The position numbers were made by a program, and so were the translations under genes. Below are positions 5,454 through 6,413 of a DNA stretch of 6,413 nucleotides, piece by piece (positions within the stretch are counted from its first letter, which is position 1; each line of letters begins with the position of its first letter). The DNA lies in IMG/VR virus record IMGVR_UViG_2778261509_000013; one strand, 5' to 3'. The notes beneath the pieces are model-generated. The model was not told where the DNA came from. It saw nothing but the letters and a program-made list of their open reading frames with translations, and made no database searches. Source of the DNA: a virus. Its lineage: Duplodnaviria; Heunggongvirae; Uroviricota; Caudoviricetes.

Positions 5454-5819
5454 ATGATTCTCGCCAACGACTTTCTTGAATACCTGCTCAACACAGAGCG
5501 TGATCTTGCCGCTCGCGTACGTGATCGTTATGACATGTATCTGAAATCCCTGCCTGTACCGCAGCTCGCTGACGGAAAGATTGTTATTGATGGTCGCTAC
5601 ATGATTGACAGCCACGAGGGAAATTACAGGCTTTACCGCATTGAAGGTGGCACCCCGTCCGTTATTGGCATTTACCAGCGCCCATCCTCTGCAATCGTCG
5701 ATGTGATTGCCGACAGCATCCGCATCACACATCGCCATGCCGACACAGAAGACACCGTGCTGGAAATTCAGCGGCTGGCTGCCGTCTGCCGCGACACCCT
5801 GAATGGCATGACGAAGTAA
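5454..5819 (+). CDS. Hypothetical protein, 121 aa
   Basis: AAGAGGA lies 9 nt upstream of the ATG; it ends 6 nt before the replication gene start. Confidence 0.6.
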   Translation: MILANDFLEYLLNTERDLAARVRDRYDMYLKSLPVPQLADGKIVIDGRYMIDSHEGNYRLYRIEGGTPSVIGIYQRPSSAIVDVIADSIRITHRHADTEDTVLEIQRLAAVCRDTLNGMTK

Positions 5820-5825
5820 ATCACT

Positions 5826-6413
5826 ATGACGGCAGAGTACATCAGGGACTGGCAACAACCGCGCCACGCAGTGGGACGTGAAGGAACGGGGATCCCCGTT
5901 CCTGAATCCGCGCTTTCCTCCTGGCTGGATGCCTACCGGGCAGAGAACGAGCGCCGCCAGGAAATGGCTGATGCGGCGTTCTCCGCCACGCCGCTGGGCA
6001 ACCTGATTAATAAAAGCCTGGATGCACAGGAAAAACAGGACAAAACCATCACACTGGCAGGAGACGCCAGAAAACAGGTACGCGGTGCGGTGGATGAAGC
6101 CATGGCCTCGCTGCGCCTGCTGCCGTCCTATCTGCGCGATCCGCTTATTCGCCACCTCTCCTTCCTGCGCAAAAAACAGGAAGCCGATCGCCGGAAAGGC
6201 AAAAAGAGCTGGCAGGCTGAACGCTACGCGCGCGGAACCCTGCGCAAAATATTCGAACGTCTGGACCGCACCGACCACCGCTGGCTGACACCGGGTTATC
6301 GCTCCCTTGCCGGACGCGAACGCCTGGATGATTTGCTTTACCTGCCGCAGCTCAACAAGCACCAGATACAGACGCTGGCCACCATGACGGCGGCGATGTT
6401 CAGCAGCACCTTC
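5826..6413 (+). CDS. A: Replication initiation protein, P2/186 gpA-like (rolling-circle endonuclease family), 5' partial; runs off the window end
   Basis: Hand translation from ATG 5826 is open to the window end (196 codons, no stop): MTAEYIRDWQQPRHAVGREG...LLPSYLRDPLIRHLSFLRKKQ...LAGRERLDDLLYLPQLNKHQIQTLATMTAAMFSS. Several segments resemble the N-terminal region of P2 gpA as recalled (PREAVGRER, RLPYFLRSLF, LAERDHYARLPGMNDKELKKFAARISSQLFMMY). The ORF track omits it because there is no stop in the window. Confidence 0.7.
   Translation, partial: MTAEYIRDWQQPRHAVGREGTGIPVPESALSSWLDAYRAENERRQEMADAAFSATPLGNLINKSLDAQEKQDKTITLAGDARKQVRGAVDEAMASLRLLPSYLRDPLIRHLSFLRKKQEADRRKGKKSWQAERYARGTLRKIFERLDRTDHRWLTPGYRSLAGRERLDDLLYLPQLNKHQIQTLATMTAAMFSSTF

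Noticed and set aside
4840-5457. 205-aa plus-strand ORF spanning the intergenic region (also 4913..5206 plus and 4902..5195 minus)
   Set aside because: It runs through the terminator, hairpin and repeat motifs, has no ribosome-binding site, has a Ser/Arg-rich nonsense-like composition, and overlaps the well-supported 5151..5381 gene out of frame.
6022-6288. 88-aa plus-strand ORF
   Set aside because: It is an alternative frame inside the gpA-like gene; the translation is Arg/Cys/Pro-rich with no motifs.
5289-6362. 357-aa minus-strand ORF, the longest in the window
   Set aside because: It is antisense to the gpA-like replication gene and to the 5454..5819 gene, both of which have ribosome-binding sites and a plausible family resemblance. 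Its translation is low-complexity (Ala/Gly/Arg/Val-rich), typical of a spurious antisense ORF in GC-rich coding DNA.

Overview
This window reads as the immunity/early arm of a P2-like temperate phage or prophage. On the minus strand sit a tyrosine integrase (1..1005) and a P2 C-type repressor (1102..1422). A short switch region (1423..1535) carrying three tandem 10-bp repeats separates them from a plus-strand early operon: a Cox-like gene (1536..1823), then about a dozen small ORFs of unknown function, several of them tiny hydrophobic peptides absent from the ORF track. A structured ~320-bp non-coding stretch (4829..5150) follows, then two more small genes and the 5' part of a P2 gpA-like replication initiator that runs off the window end (5826..6413). 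No rRNA, tRNA, CRISPR array or transposase was seen. All family assignments rest on reading the translations and on recalled knowledge of P2/186 proteins; no database search was run. The most unusual parts are the structured intergenic region and the tightly coupled small-gene cassettes, which are candidates for host-takeover or anti-defence functions; none can be assigned a function from sequence alone.
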